This document shows, one piece after another, positions 12,421-24,883 of a DNA stretch of 64,000 bases. The notes under the pieces are model-generated. The model was not told where the DNA came from and made no database searches. It was given only the letters and a program-made list of their open reading frames with translations. Position numbers and translations under genes: made by a program. Position 1 is the first letter of the stretch. Every line of letters starts with the position of its first letter. Origin of the DNA: Podarcis filfolensis (taxonomy: Eukaryota); the NCBI GenBank assembly GCA_964270895.1, contig OZ185440.1. One strand, given 5' to 3'.

Positions 12421-13654
12421 TAGAGAATTCTAACTCCCTGCTACCCTTGTCTCTCTCTGCCCACAGGATGTCTTCATATAAACATCACTATCATCACCAC
12501 ATAGCTGGCACTCCCATTTGAGACAGAACTCAGCTCATGGAACCAGTTTTCAATTCCAATGCTCCGTTCTGGGGAACCTGTGATGTTATAATACTAAACA
12601 CATACAAGGATGCCATCTGCACATGTGCAGAGTACCAGTCCATCATCAGTGAGTGACTAGTCAGATCTCATACATCTAGATTCCATGTCTGTGCACATCA
12701 GCTTCAAGCAGGTTTCAGGCCTAGCCATCTCGTCTTTTGCAAATGGTGCACTGACTGCATCCTCAAAAGTAAAGCCAACGCAAACCTTTATAGTTGAAAG
12801 GATCCCGAGTACAAAAGATCTTTCAATCTTTCAGCTGAATGTTCCATGTATGTCTACGGCTTCCTCTCTTCTGGGGCTGCCCCTGTATTATTTCCATTAT
12901 CACAATGATTGCTACGGAGGAACTATAACGACAACCTTGGCCTCTTTCTGAACTGCAAAAATCTCAAAGCTTGCAGGGGAAATCAGAATTCCATCACCTG
13001 TTAACATAATAGCCTTGGTTACCAAGCCCCATCTACAGAGCCTCCTCCCTCAGCAAGGCTGCAGCCTCAAAATGAGGGGAATATGATTGCCAGGTAAGCT
13101 TCTTTGCAGTGGTGGGGGCAACCGGTTCCCAGAGCTATTTATCACCATCTGTCAGGGCTCCCTACAAATGGCTGAGACCCTGCAGAAATGCCGGGTGGGC
13201 CTGTCATCGCTGAGCAGGCTGCTCAGCACCCTGATTTATGGCTCTGCTTTTCCGAGCTGCCTGGATTCGCTGAGATGTAGGATTTCTCTCTAGATAGAAC
13301 TACAGCAGAGGCCCAGAGAGAAAGAGCAAGCCAGAAGCTGGGGGTGGAGAGGACCTGCTGGGCACAAGCAAATTGCTTATAGTTAGGTTCAAACTTGGAG
13401 CAGGCACCCACCTCCTGCAGAAAGGCTACTCCATCTGATCTCCCCCTCCTGAAGCAAGGTCATCCCCTGACCTCTGTGATATTGGATTTGATCTAGCGCA
13501 AAAGTTGATCTCAGAATAAACATGTTAGTATGGTAGTAACCAAAATGTTTGAGTTAGATCCAGAAGGGCGCTGCAATCTGAACCTGGGGCAGAGTCAGGG
13601 GGTGGGTGGGTACTAATTTTAAAAATACATTTGTATTCCCCCTTTCCACAAAGA

Positions 13655-14012
13655 AGTTCAAGGTGATGCAAAGTTCTCCTCCTCCCCGTTTTATCCTCAC
13701 GATAACCCCGTGATGCAAGTTAGGCTGAGAGACAGTGGTGGAATCTACACACATATTAAAAAACGCTGTGAAAATGCTTTTTAAAAAAACGTTTTGAAAA
13801 ATATATTGAATTTGCCATAGCTCACTATCGCCATCTAGTGTCACATTTGCACACTGCACTTTACAACACACTTAATTTATTTGCAGCTGTATAGCTGAGT
13901 CCAGTGACTGGCTGAAGGTCACCTAGCGAGCTTCAAGGCTGAGTGGGTTTGAACCCTGGTCTTCCAGGTTCTAGACTGACAATCCTGCCATTCTACCACA
14001 CTGGATACAGTG
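13655..14012 (-). mobile_element. MIR-like CORE-SINE interrupted by a 164-bp insertion
   Basis: The halves TAGGCTGAGAGACAGTG and ACTGGCTGAAGGTCACC join into the CORE consensus. B-box region TTTGAACCCTGG. Confidence 0.7.
13738..13901. mobile_element. Nested AT-rich insertion (probable MITE)
   Basis: Splits the SINE CORE and is flanked by a duplicated CAGTG (13733-13737, 13902-13906). TIRs are weak. Confidence 0.5.
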
Positions 14013-14324
14013 GAGGTGCTTCTCTCCACCCAGGATCGTTGGCCTCCACCTGTGAAGTGATGCTGGACGAATGTGCTGGTGGACCTGCTGGCAGTGGTAG
14101 CCTATGGAAAGCCCTGAAAGGGAGTTTCCTGGGATGGGGAGGTGCTGAGCTGGGTTGGGATCAACTGGAGCCCAAGTCTGCCCTACTAACATCACATGGC
14201 CTCATCAGCCCTGATTTGGGCCCAACCACTGCATAACCTTTAGGCTGTTGCAATGATTGATTTCCTTTTCCTACTACCTTCTGCTCTGGGCTAGCAGTGG
14301 CCCCATCATTCTGTTAAGCCCCAT

Positions 14325-14452
14325 CTGGATTTGGATTGCAGCCTAAATTAGTTGCTCTGCTGAAATTCATTTGAGAAGTTAGTCATGACTAAGGGAGGTT
14401 TCAGTGATTTCAGTGGGAGCTAAGTTCCACTAATTTAGTCTGGATCCGACCC
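14325..14452. mobile_element. Degenerate palindromic MITE
   Basis: Loose inverted termini (GGATTTGGATTGCAGCCTAAATTAGT / ACTAATTTAGTCTGGATCCGACCC) and internal CTGAAATT/ATTTCAG. Confidence 0.4.
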
Positions 14453-16356
14453 ACAGAGTTTGGGAAGTGAGATTCCAACCAGGTGAGAGAACCAGAAGCC
14501 ACTTTGTTCAGTCCAATAAGATTTTATAGGTCTGTTAGGCCAGCTCAGAATTGCCAAAGCATAACATTAACCATCACCACTCTTTTATACCAGTCCAAAT
14601 ATGTCTGCTGAAAGCTCTCCGTGGGGCATCAAAGTGTGCTGAGGATGGAAAATCTCCCTATTTAATGTGTCTTGGCAGGAAATGAAACACTTGAATATAT
14701 TCTGACACCTCTTTCCTCCTCTCCTTCCCCCCACTCTATACATCATTACATTGATTGGACACGCTATAGAAACGGAGATATACAGTTATCATCACAAACA
14801 CTCACATGCATTGAGGTGGGGAAGGATATAACATATTTAGTTCCCTTTCTCTTAAAAAGACAAACACACATATCCAAGATGATATGCAACAAATATAATT
14901 TGAAATGAAGACAATAAAATAATAGCATAATTAAAAGAACAACAACAAAGCTCAGCAGCTTCAATTTAAACCATTTAAAAGGCACAGAAGAAAAATGATT
15001 GAACTTTGTGCCTAAAGGATAGTAATGAGGTGCCCTTGGTACGCACACATACACTGTCAAAAACTTGCTCATCCATTTACTAAAAAGATATACCCACTCA
15101 CACATGCAGAGTCAGGGACAATTTGTGCAAATATTTTAGCATTCTGACAGGTGGGTTGCCTCAATTTGCAATGCAGTTAGGTCTGCAGTGAAACAGTTTT
15201 CTGATTGGTTTACCAGAAGCCTAGATTGCAGTTTGCAAGTCAATGCACCAATCTGCTTCCAGAGGCTTTGCAGAGTTGCAGTCAGGGCTTAATACAACAG
15301 TATCACCACACCCTTATGAAAATCTATAATGCCGCTGCATTTGGAATGGCTGTGTTCAGGTTTTGTCATCCCATCTCACTGGAAGGATATCATAAAACTG
15401 GCAGAAGTGCAGAAAAGACAACCCAAAATGATCAACGGGCTGCCATACCTTTCCTACAAGAAAAGGCACTATATTCAAACCACATTCCACAAATATTCCA
15501 CAACCATAAAATTTGCACATATTAGCAGTTATTACTTAGTTATTTTTAAAAGTTATGTAGAGAGCATTTTGTAATCGTTTAAAAAATTACGCATTACTAG
15601 CATTTATTTCTTTATTATGACATTACTATTAGCCAACCTTGGATACAAATCTGTACGCTCATGTGCCCTTAATCTGTGTATTCATAAACACACACTGATA
15701 TATACCACAAAATCAATTGCCCTGTGCCTTATGTGCAAACTAAGGATATTCCACTTTTGTGATCTCAGATACAGATGTACAGGCTGACATACATTCCTGA
15801 ACAATCCATCTTTGGCAAGTCATTCAAATATAGCTGGCATATTCCCTCCTTGATCCTGACCTCCCGACCTGGCTCTGGTGAAATGCCTGGCACAGAGCAA
15901 GAGACTGGAAAAGTGCCTTTGCCATCATGATGGGAATAAAAGGTAGGAAATCTGGCAGGCGACTTTCCTGGCTCAACAGACCACAACAGCCAGAAAAGCA
16001 GGAACAGGGCTGTTATCTCATAGAGCCACCTTCTCTGCACTGCATATCTACAGGCACTCCTGGAGGAATTAGCCATGGCACACTGAGTTAAACTGTCCCG
16101 GGAAGAAACAAATGCATCTCTGTTTTATCTTGCCAGGGAAAATGCACTATAAACACAAATGTAGCAAGGCCTGAAGAGCAAATTCAAAGTGGTGACTTCT
16201 ACCTTCTCCATTCTCCAAATTGCGGAATTCTAACAGAGCCAGTTTTGCCTGTTATCTCATTTTCAGTGGTCTGGAGATGTGCATCTGCAATGCAGGACAC
16301 AACTGATGCATCTCTGAGGAATGGTGCCCCACCCCTGCTTAAACTTCTCCCATGAA

Positions 16357-16543
16357 CATGGGTACCAACTCCTAGGGGCCAAGGTGGTTCTGGCTCCCCA
16401 AATATATTTTTTATGGGGGCAGGGCCCCCTCAATATTCAGAGACCGTCACACGTGTGACATCATGAGCATGACATCAAGACATCGTGCAACATCACGTTG
16501 GGCCTCCTGATCCTCTGGAGAACCTGGCGCCTCCGCCCATGAA
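16357..16543. mobile_element. Probable MITE with CATGGG/CCCATG termini
   Basis: Short inverted termini and a GC-rich interior with repeated TGACATCA. Superfamily uncertain. Confidence 0.4.
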
Positions 16544-17367
16544 AGTTAGCATTCTTAACAAACATTCCCAGGGTTCTTTGGGGGAAGCCATGATTGTATA
16601 AAGTAGTATGATACTGCTTTAAATGTATAGTGCAGATGTGGCCTGAGAGGACAGGCAGGAGAAGAACAGTTGGGGAAGGAGGAAACAAGAGGCGAGAACA
16701 ACAAAATAAAATCTACTCCTGCTAAAACGTGCTCCCTGGGGTCTGAGCATCTGTTGCCTGCTGAGGCATACAAAGAGGATGGGTGGCTCTTTCACTCCCC
16801 CCATAACCAAAGTGGCTTTAACAGCATAGAAATAAGCATTCATCTGACTGGGAGTGAAACGAGCGCACAGCATGAAAACAAATGCAGCTAAAATAATTAC
16901 AGGTTGCAAGGAATCAATCAGGGCTGCGTAAATAGCCTGCAGGAAGGCATCAGACACACTTGTCTTTAGTTTCACGTGGTTAGAGCATACAGACCTCCCA
17001 AAGCACACACACAGTCCCACTAGAACTCGATACAGACAATAGCTTTTCAAAGACTTGAAAGGAGCATTGTAGAGCTGCTATTACACAACACATGATCTTT
17101 TTCTTCTTCTTGTCCCATCCCCGTTCTTTGGTCAAACTAGGTTTGCAGAGGTTTCTTTTTTTTGCAGTTCTTCAAACTGCAATGCCCCAGATGCCCTAAA
17201 AGAGGCACCATGTGCAAAGCTGCACAGCCATCCCCACCCCTAGCATCAGGCAAAAACTACAGCTCCCAGGATTCTTTGGGGGAAGTCAAGCCTGTTTACA
17301 GTGGTATAATACTGCTTTAAATGTAGAGTGCAAATGGTGTCTCATTTAATATGTGGATGCATATGAG

Positions 17368-17685
17368 CCATGGGTAGGCAAACTAAGGCCTGGGGGCCAG
17401 ATCCGGCCCAACTGGCTTTAAATCCAGCCCACGGACGGTCCAGGAATCAGTGTGTTTTTACATGAGTAGAATGTGTCCTTTTATTTAAAATGCATCTCTG
17501 GGTTATTTGTGGGGCCTGCCTGGTGTTTTTACATGAGCAGAATGTGTGCTTTTATTTAAAATGCATCTCTGGGTTATTTGTGGGGCATAGGAATTCATTC
17601 TTTTTTTCTTTCAGATTATAGTCCGCCCCCCCCCCCCAAGGTCTGGGGGACAGTGGACTGGCCCCCTGCTGAAAAAGTTTGCTGA
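17368..17685. mobile_element. hAT (Charlie-like) MITE with internal tandem duplication
   Basis: Left TIR CCATGGGTAGGCAAACT and a truncated right end AAAAAGTTTGCTGA. A 64-bp unit is duplicated at 17452-17515 and 17523-17586. Confidence 0.75.
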
Positions 17686-17999
17686 GCAGAAATCATACAT
17701 CTGGGCCTGGTTTGGGATACAGAAAACCACTTTTGCCAGAGCAAATTCTTTTCTATATATATAAAAAACCCTTTCCCTGCTTTCAGTTTTATCCCTAACT
17801 TGGGTGGAAATGCCTCTGTCATACCCCCTTCCTTTAAAACGGTGGTCTGTCTCCATCCAGACACTGGGAAAGTCCAGGACTTTCAGGACAGACAACCTAT
17901 CATGCATTCATGAGGTTCTTTTAGTCTCAGCTGTCGTTAGGTATTCAGGCAGTTAATTCACAGAGACACACTGTGAGAAATGAGAGGGCAGAATCATTG

Positions 18000-18450
18000 T
18001 AGTATTGAAATTTTCATGGCTTGCAAGCCTCATTACAAAACACTTTGAGGGAACAAGACAGAAACAATTTTCCAAGATGTTTCCTTTGCTTTCACAAACC
18101 CAGATGAATAACAGCTCTGCACATTGCTCCTCCAGCTGCACTGCAACCCAGCTAGGGCACCAACCCCAAACTTGGTTGCCTCTTCGCATTGACCAACAGC
18201 GACATTTAGCCCATCAAAAGCAGTTCCGTGGCTTATTGGTGGCCATTGCTCAAACATGGAGGAATCTACAGACAATGGATCTGTGGTACAAGAATGTGCA
18301 GGAACTGGCCACAACCGGGGGAAAAAACACCAAACAAAATACCCATGCCCCTCCAAGGAAAGAAGAACTCACAGATGCCTTTTTTGCAACATGGTGGTTC
18401 TTTGTTACATACACAAACACCACTGGACAGCCAGACAAGTTACCAGCAAC
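18000..18450 (+). mobile_element. Degenerate L1-clade ORF2 3' relic
   Basis: LLVAIAQTWRNLQTMDLWYKNVQELA...AFFATWWFFVTY resembles the C-terminus of squamate L1 ORF2 as I recall it (IAxxWK...WY...W.PF..Y). Confidence 0.4.
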
Positions 18451-19511
18451 AACATCACAAATATGCCTCTGAGTGCTTGCCAGTTGGAATATGCCATGAC
18501 TCCTTACCTGCCCACACTTCATGCCAGCTATGACCAGAAAACAAATCATAACACCCAAATGGAACTAACTGCATAATGAATAGAGATGATCAAGGAACAT
18601 CTCTGCTCCTCTTACAAACTCCCCCTCCCATTGTCTCCTTATCTGCATTCTCAGTTGTCTCAAGGTAACTGATTCCCAGAGAAACCTGTATTGGGACTGC
18701 AGCCCAAATAGCATTGGACATAACATTCCAACACTGAGTACCAAATATCTGATGGATGTTCGACATTAAAATCTGCAGAGGATGGTTATGAGGAGAACTG
18801 GGGGGATTTGTGGATTCCTTTCACCTCTAACACTAGCCTCTTAAATATCTTGTCTCTATAATCATCAATATGCTAATCAGAAGTGGTAGGGAACTGAAAA
18901 TGAGGGAAGGAGCCCCTGGATAATTGGAATATATTCACTGAAATCTGTTTTGATTTGCGGTAGATCGTGATTATGCTACAACAAGAGCCCAGCATTTTGT
19001 TTGTGTTTTATGTTATGCTGGCTACATAGTGAAATTTTGTACTGCTATGTACCTCTGCACTGCATTTTGGGGAAGCATTCATAAAGATTGAAAACTAGAG
19101 TCCTAGTACTTGGTATATTTATTGTATTTTGCCAGACCGGCGGGGGGGGGGGGCGAGTGATGAGGTTTTCCAAGGGCAGGGAAGTCATTTTCACCAGAAT
19201 AGGAGCCAGCTAGCCCAGAGGTGTGTGCTGCATTATAACAGATTCAAAACACTCATTAAGTCATGCCAATGATTTAGCTTGCCCTATGCACACTTACTTG
19301 GGCACAAGCCCCATTGCAAACAACAGAACTTACTTTCAGTTGACATGTAGGTGTGTATTGAAAGAACACCAAAAGAGAGCTACAATTGGGAGTCTTCCTG
19401 TGATAGGAGCAAGACTCTCATCAATTTCAATTTTCTTTTTTCTGCTTTTTCATTGGTAGGATGATATATCTAGTTAAATAAAGTACATTTGGATTCCATT
19501 TAGTTTTTAGA

Positions 19512-19625
19512 ATGCAATCCTATATATGTCTACTTGTAAGTAAGTTCAGTTGAGTTCAGTGCGCTTACTCCTTGGTAAGTGAGCATAGGATTGCAGCCTT
19601 ACTCCCAGGTGAGTGAGTACAGGAT
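19512..19625. mobile_element. Short palindromic MITE (GCAATCCTA...TAGGATTGCAGCC family)
   Basis: Inverted termini and an internal GTAAG/CTTAC inversion, with a partial duplication of the right arm. Relatives near 19275 and 62340. Confidence 0.55.
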
Positions 19626-19749
19626 CACTGTCTTAGTTTTAGTTCTTTTTGTGTGAACTGGAGGTCACAATGTTCTTTTGCATGCAGAGGGAGGTTATCT
19701 GATTTCAATAATGCTAATGGTAATATTTTTTAAAAAAAGCCACCACAAT

Positions 19750-19995
19750 ATCTGCCCTCATACTATGTAATACATCAAGGCCTTCAAGGTGGTTTACAAA
19801 ACAAAATCCCATGGATATACCAGCAGATTAAAATTCACAATAATGACAAGGGTATCAAAAAGCAAACCTGACATAATCACTCACAGCCAGGGACAGCACT
19901 TAAAATAGCAATGCACAGCCACCACCTCAGTCTATTTCCATTACGTGGAATGCCTTCCAAAAAAGCCAGGTCTTGAATGACCTTCTAAAGCAGTA
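19750..19995 (-). mobile_element. Old L2 3' fragment
   Basis: Tail-like TCAAGGTGGTTTACAAAAC and GGAATGCCTTCC..AGGTCTTGAATGACCTTCTAAAG. Confidence 0.45.
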
Positions 19996-19999
19996 ATCT

Positions 20000-20131
20000 A
20001 TGGGGAATCCGTGACCCTCCAAGATGGTGCTAGACTACAGCTCCAAACATCCTTGGCTATTGACCATGCTGACTGGGGCTGATGGAAGTCCAGCAACATC
20101 TGGGTAGGAGGGCAGAGGTTAGCCACCTCTG
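20000..20131. mobile_element. Degenerate fold-back hAT-like MITE
   Basis: GACCCTCCAAGATG..GACTACAGCTCC..GGGGCTGATGG..CAACATCTGG..GGTTAGCCACCTCTG. Confidence 0.6.
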
Positions 20132-20339
20132 TTCCAGCAATAACAATGCTGAACCAACCAGTTCTCACTGACAGTACAAATAAACTCACCTCCTCTCCCA
20201 AAGGTAACTAAAGATACAGAGAAGAGGAGGAATGATAACCATCCTATTCCCTTTCCAGTCTCAGTCAGTTTCCTTCTTCATGGATGGATGAAGGCGCTCA
20301 CTTACATTTTTTGAAGCATCCCACAGAGAGGGCAGGAAA

Positions 20340-20800
20340 GTTTATTTAAATTATTTTATAAAAGTATTTAGAAACCACGAATTCTTAAAACAAATATTGC
20401 AGTAGTATACTATCATTAAAACATCACATAAATTTTAAAAAATCATAAAATACAGATCAAATGACACTGCATCAAATTCATTCTCTAAAAAAACAGAAAT
20501 GTTTTCAACAGGTGATAAATGTCAAAATTGGAGGTGTCTGTCTGATTTCAGTGAGAACGGTGCTCCAAGTTCTGGGGCCACTCATAATGCTAAAAGCCTT
20601 CGTTCACATACACACTCAAAGGCACATGAGATAAGTGTGGAACACTTAGGAGGGCTTTTTCAGGTGATCACAATGATCTGGCCAATGAATAATGGACAAG
20701 GGACATTCAATAAATCTGGTTCTAGGCCAGTTAGGATTTTTATTCACTTAAAAGTAATACATTGAATTTAGTTTAGGCTACTCATATATTTCCATTCAGG
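20340..20800 (-). mobile_element. Old L2 3' fragment
   Basis: An A-rich 3' UTR, then GCTCCAAGTTCTGGGGCCACTC..AAAAGCC and a degenerate ORF2 end. Confidence 0.5.
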
Positions 20801-21289
20801 AACTACAATCTATGTTCCTTGGACTGAGCAAAGTTTGAGCACCTTCCTTTTGGCTGACAAAAGATGTTCTGGTGCGCATCAATGCTCCCAAAGGAATTAA
20901 CTTGTCCCCCCCCCATGGGATGGAAGCTGGTGTGTAATTATCTAAGCACATACAGTAAAATAATTACCATGACTCTGTGGGAGGAGCACTTAAATAGTCA
21001 GCATGTCAGATGAAAGGATACATTGACAGGAAAATCCTTCTGTGTAACCTATTTATATTGGATGCTGAATGGAGGGGGCTAGATTGTCCCAGCAACTCCC
21101 TTTTCATTTATGCACTGCAAGTTGGGAGACACACACACAAATGGTTGCTTTTCTTGCCTCCATTAGGCGAGCTTTCATCATAGTCAGGACCTAGGCCAGC
21201 CCACACATGAGATCCCAAAGTAGATCTTCTCTCACTCCTTCCCTAGGGGGGAGGTGGGCACCATTTCATGGTTCAGCTTAGGTGCCAAA

Positions 21290-21440
21290 GTGTCTTGGGC
21301 TAGCCCTGGTCAGGAGGACACAGAGAAGGTTCCCTCTGTCGGATCTGAAGCAGGCTGGTGTGGGAGAAGGGTGTTCCTAAGTTATCCTGGGCCCCGGCCA
21401 TTTAGAGCTTTAAAGATCACCATCAACACAACTGGATTTC
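21290..21440 (-). mobile_element. L2 ORF2 fragment
   Basis: GGGCCCCGGCCATTTAGAGCTTTAAAGATCACCATCAACAC is homologous to 30800-30840. Confidence 0.55.
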
Positions 21441-21571
21441 AATAAATGGACATATCCTGATGATTTATTTGCTGCATTTTACATTTCATTTGTGTAGCAT
21501 AGTCCATATTTTGCTACTTGTTTTCCTCTGCATGGTTTAATTTAGGAAAGTTTTTGATGACTTAAAATGTA

Positions 21572-21946
21572 CCGTATTTTTCGCCCCATAGGACGCACCG
21601 CCCCATAGGACGCACTTAGTTTTTTTGGGGGGGGGGAAATAAAGAAAAAAAAATTATTTCCCCCCCAGGCGGGGCTGGCGCGGGGGAAGCCCGAGCTTCC
21701 CCCGACCCCAGCCCCCAGAACAGGCTGCTGCCTGCAAGCCTTGCGCGCCCGGCGGGACCTCCCGCTGGGCGCGCGAGGCTTGCGGATAGCTTCCTGAAGC
21801 CTGGAGAGCGAGAGGGGTCGGTGCGCACCAACGCCTCTCGCTCTCCAGGCTTCAGCGAAAGCCTGCATTCACCCCATAGGACGCACAAACATTTCCCCTT
21901 CATTTCTGGAGGGGAAAAAGTGTGTCCTATAGGGCGAAAAATACGG
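21572..21946. mobile_element. Tc1/mariner (Tc2/Kanga-like) MITE, young
   Basis: 27-bp TIRs CCGTATTTTTCGCCCCATAGGACGCAC / GTGTGTCCTATAGGGCGAAAAATACGG with 2 mismatches. TA duplications at 21570-21571 and 21947-21948. CpG-rich. Confidence 0.9.
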
Positions 21947-21948
21947 TA

Positions 21949-22175
21949 TATCCTGCCTTTCCTCCCTAAAGGCAGACCAGGGCTACTCCCAATAATAAAA
22001 TTGCATAAAAACTATCCAAAACAACACTATATTACAGATAGCAGTTAAAATCAGCATTGTAAAAAAACAAAAAACAACACTTCATAAGACTATTGCCCAA
22101 AAGCCTTTACATATTTCCTGAAAGCAGGTAAGAAGGCGGACTGTCTGATTTCCCTTGGGACGGAGTGCTGCAAAA
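21949..22175 (-). mobile_element. L2 3' fragment
   Basis: Terminus TATCCTGCCTTTCCTCC, an A-rich UTR and CTGATTTCCCTTGGGACGGAG. Confidence 0.5.
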
Positions 22176-22669
22176 ACAAACAAACTGAAATTTAAATAAG
22201 AGCACTGATTCTAACATCTGGATGGAAGGGGTTAAACTTCTCTTTCCAAACAGAATATCCATCACTGCCAATGCCTGCTCTCTGTGAAAGGATTTGCCCA
22301 GCCCGCAGTAGCAGATGGAGAGAACTGGTCCATTAAGAGAAGCTCTGAGCCATGAAAGTTATTTTCAAATTTGGTTCATCACAAGTAGCTCTCTGAAAAG
22401 AGGGGACAATGATTTAGATTGGGTCGGGTTGGGGAAACCACTTTGGACCAGGATCTAAAAGCGACCAACCCTTCATGAGCCACGTTGACAAGTGGGTTGG
22501 GGTACCAACATCTCAAACGCATGGTGCCATAAATCAGTGGTGGAGAACCTCTGGCCTAATTTGGCCTACCTGGCCTCTGAATGTGGCCTATGAGATGGGG
22601 AAACCATGCTGACCTTTCCCATGATTGACCTCATATGATGTCAAGAGCAAGAAACTTTCAAATATTGAC

Positions 22670-22970
22670 TGCCAATGGCCCATCTAATCCACCACCCTGT
22701 TCTCAGAGTGGCCACCCAGATACCCATGGGAAGCCTATAAGCAGGACCCAAACACAAGTGCACTCTCCCCTCCTGTGGTTTTCCAGCAACTGGTATTCAG
22801 AAGCCTTATTTTCCATGAATTTGTCTCATCCTCTTTTAAAGCCATCCATGTTGGTGGCCACCACTGCCTCCTGTAGGGCTGAGTTCCCTAGTTTAAGTAT
22901 ATGCCACATAAAGAAATGCTTTCTGTAATCTGTCCTGGAATCTTCCAACATGCAGTTTCATTGGGTGTCC
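22670..22970 (-). mobile_element. CR1 LINE 3' fragment
   Basis: 3' UTR of the same family as 6178 and 50259. It ends in the reverse complement of the GHPMKL..GRF coding region. Confidence 0.75.
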
Positions 22971-23248
22971 AGTACTATGGGGGAGGCAGATTGCACTGTT
23001 AGTTATGAAATTCAGTGCGTACATCTTCTCTCACCACTGTTGTTCTGTGAAAGGAGAAATTGGGTGCCAAAATCCTCCTTTCTCTCAAGGCACACGAGGC
23101 TTGACCCATATTGAATCTGGCAGTACTGTATGCAGACTGCACAGTAAGCTGCATATCTGAGCACATCATGCCTTTGGAATGTTAGACCTTTCCCCCCTGA
23201 GGCAAACTGGGAAGATACTTCCTCAGTAGCATCAAATGAAGGAGACAT

Positions 23249-23385
23249 CTTCTTCTTTGGCGATCACTCTTAGCCGAGTAAGATTGTCTTCCATAAACAC
23301 GGTTTTAACAATGGGTCCGTAAGTGACTGTGGAGGCCAATTCTGGATCCACACGTCCTTCCACAGTAGGGACATTGGTTTCCAGG
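23249..23385 (-). mobile_element. RTE-clade LINE 3' end
   Basis: The minus frame encodes CPYCGRTCGSRIGLHSHLRTH (C2H2 finger typical of RTE ORF ends), followed by a short UTR and an (AAG)n tail. Confidence 0.8.
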
Positions 23386-24292
23386 CAGGAGGAAAGGTGA
23401 AGCATGAACAATTACATCTGAACAAGCACAGTAGTGGAGAGGGCAGGTGGAAGGGGGGGAGGGAGAGAACAAAGCCTTTTGTGATACCATATCTTAAGGG
23501 ATGATAACAGCACAGCACAATTTGCTGGGAAACTGATCCAAGGAAGCTAGACCAAACAACTCAGGCTGCAGACATGCACTCACTGGTTTGTCAAGGGCAT
23601 CAGAAATATGAACGTTACACCGAACCTGAGGGGAGGGGAAAATTCCTATTCATTTCCCTTCCACTTTTCATTTTGACATTTTCTAGCTGATATATTGCCT
23701 GCACAATGCTCCTTCCCAACTGATTGATCTTCTCTTGCCCCGAGGGATGTTTAACTAGATGCTAATTTAGTGCCATGGTCAGCTCTGAAGCATATCAAAA
23801 TGAACAAGAGCTCATTTGGCAGCATTAAAGCATCGATTATTTCTAAACATGTTGGTGGGTAAAATGCTACCTCAAGGTTTGGTTGAACTACAGACCTAAC
23901 ACAGCTTGAGTAAAGCATGCCAGCTTTCTTTGAATGCATAAGGGAGTGGTTCCCCTTTTGACATTCAGCACCCCCAGTAGAGAATTCTCCTCCACCTCTC
24001 TGTATTCAGAAAAGTGACTGAAGTTCTTCAACTGAGATTTCTGGCTTGTTTGTTTGTATAACCAGCAAATTGCTTCTTACTATAAAATAGATCAGTGGTG
24101 GGGAGGAAACAGCACCAAACTCTTCCTAGCTGACTGGGGGGGGGGCAGGGACAAACTCTTCATCCACAGATCAGTGCTACCTGTTTTTATTTCTCTAGTT
24201 TTTATTTTAAGCAAGCCAAGTACAGTACATACTGTCAAGAATTAGGAACACTTCACCCCCCCCCAAAAGGGGTGGGGGCATAAAATTTATAC

Positions 24293-24715
24293 ACACAACT
24301 TGTGAACATCCAATGCAGCTGAATGCTGGAAGATTCAGAACAGTTAAAAGAAAGCTCTTCTTCATGCAGCACGTTGTTGAACTATGGAACTTGCTGTCAC
24401 AAGAGGCAGTGCTGGCCACCAACTTAGACTTAAAACAGAATTAGGCAAATTCATAGAGGGCAAGGCTATTGAGGGCTACTAGCCATAATGCCTATGCTCT
24501 ACTTCCACATTTGGAGAGAGCAGTGCTTCTGAGCACCAGTTGCTGGAAACTGCAGAAGGGGAGAGCGCTCTTGTCCTCAAATCCGGCTTGAAAGTTTTGT
24601 TATGGTTTTTTAAACAAATGCAAATACACAGGCATTTGGTTGGCCACTAAGAGAATAGAATGCTGGACTAAATGTGCTATTGGCCTGATCCAGCAGGATT
24701 TTCTCATGTTCTTAT
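24293..24715 (+). mobile_element. CR1 LINE 3' end (ORF2 C-terminus + UTR)
   Basis: Encodes HPMQLNAGRFRTVKRKLFFMQHVVELWNLLSQEAVLATNLD and ends CTCATGTTCTTAT. Confidence 0.85.
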
Positions 24716-24745
24716 GGATTCCTGTCAAATGTGACCTCCATAAAT

Positions 24746-24883
24746 CAGGGGTGGGAAACTTGTGTTCTTCCAGATGTTGTAAGACTCCAAATCCCATTGG
24801 TCTCATCCAGCATGCCCAATCTTCAGGGATGATGGGAGTTGTAGTCCAGAAAGATCTGGAGGGCTGCAGGTTCCCCATTCCTA
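24746..24883. mobile_element. Fold-back hAT MITE
   Basis: CAGGGGTGGGAAACT / GGTTCCCCATTCCTA termini. 8-bp TSD CCATAAAT/CCCTAAAT. Confidence 0.8.

Noticed and set aside
12616-12631. Perfect 14-16 bp palindromes (also 16446-16459, 29334-29347, 36518-36531)
   Set aside because: About one 16-mer and several 14-mer palindromes are expected by chance in 64 kb.
17452-17586. Direct repeats as a CRISPR-like array (also 58141-58195 and 63712-63805)
   Set aside because: There are only 2-3 units, no unique spacers, they lie inside MITEs, and the context is eukaryotic.
21650-21860. Possible CpG-island promoter
   Set aside because: It lies wholly within a TIR-bounded MITE.
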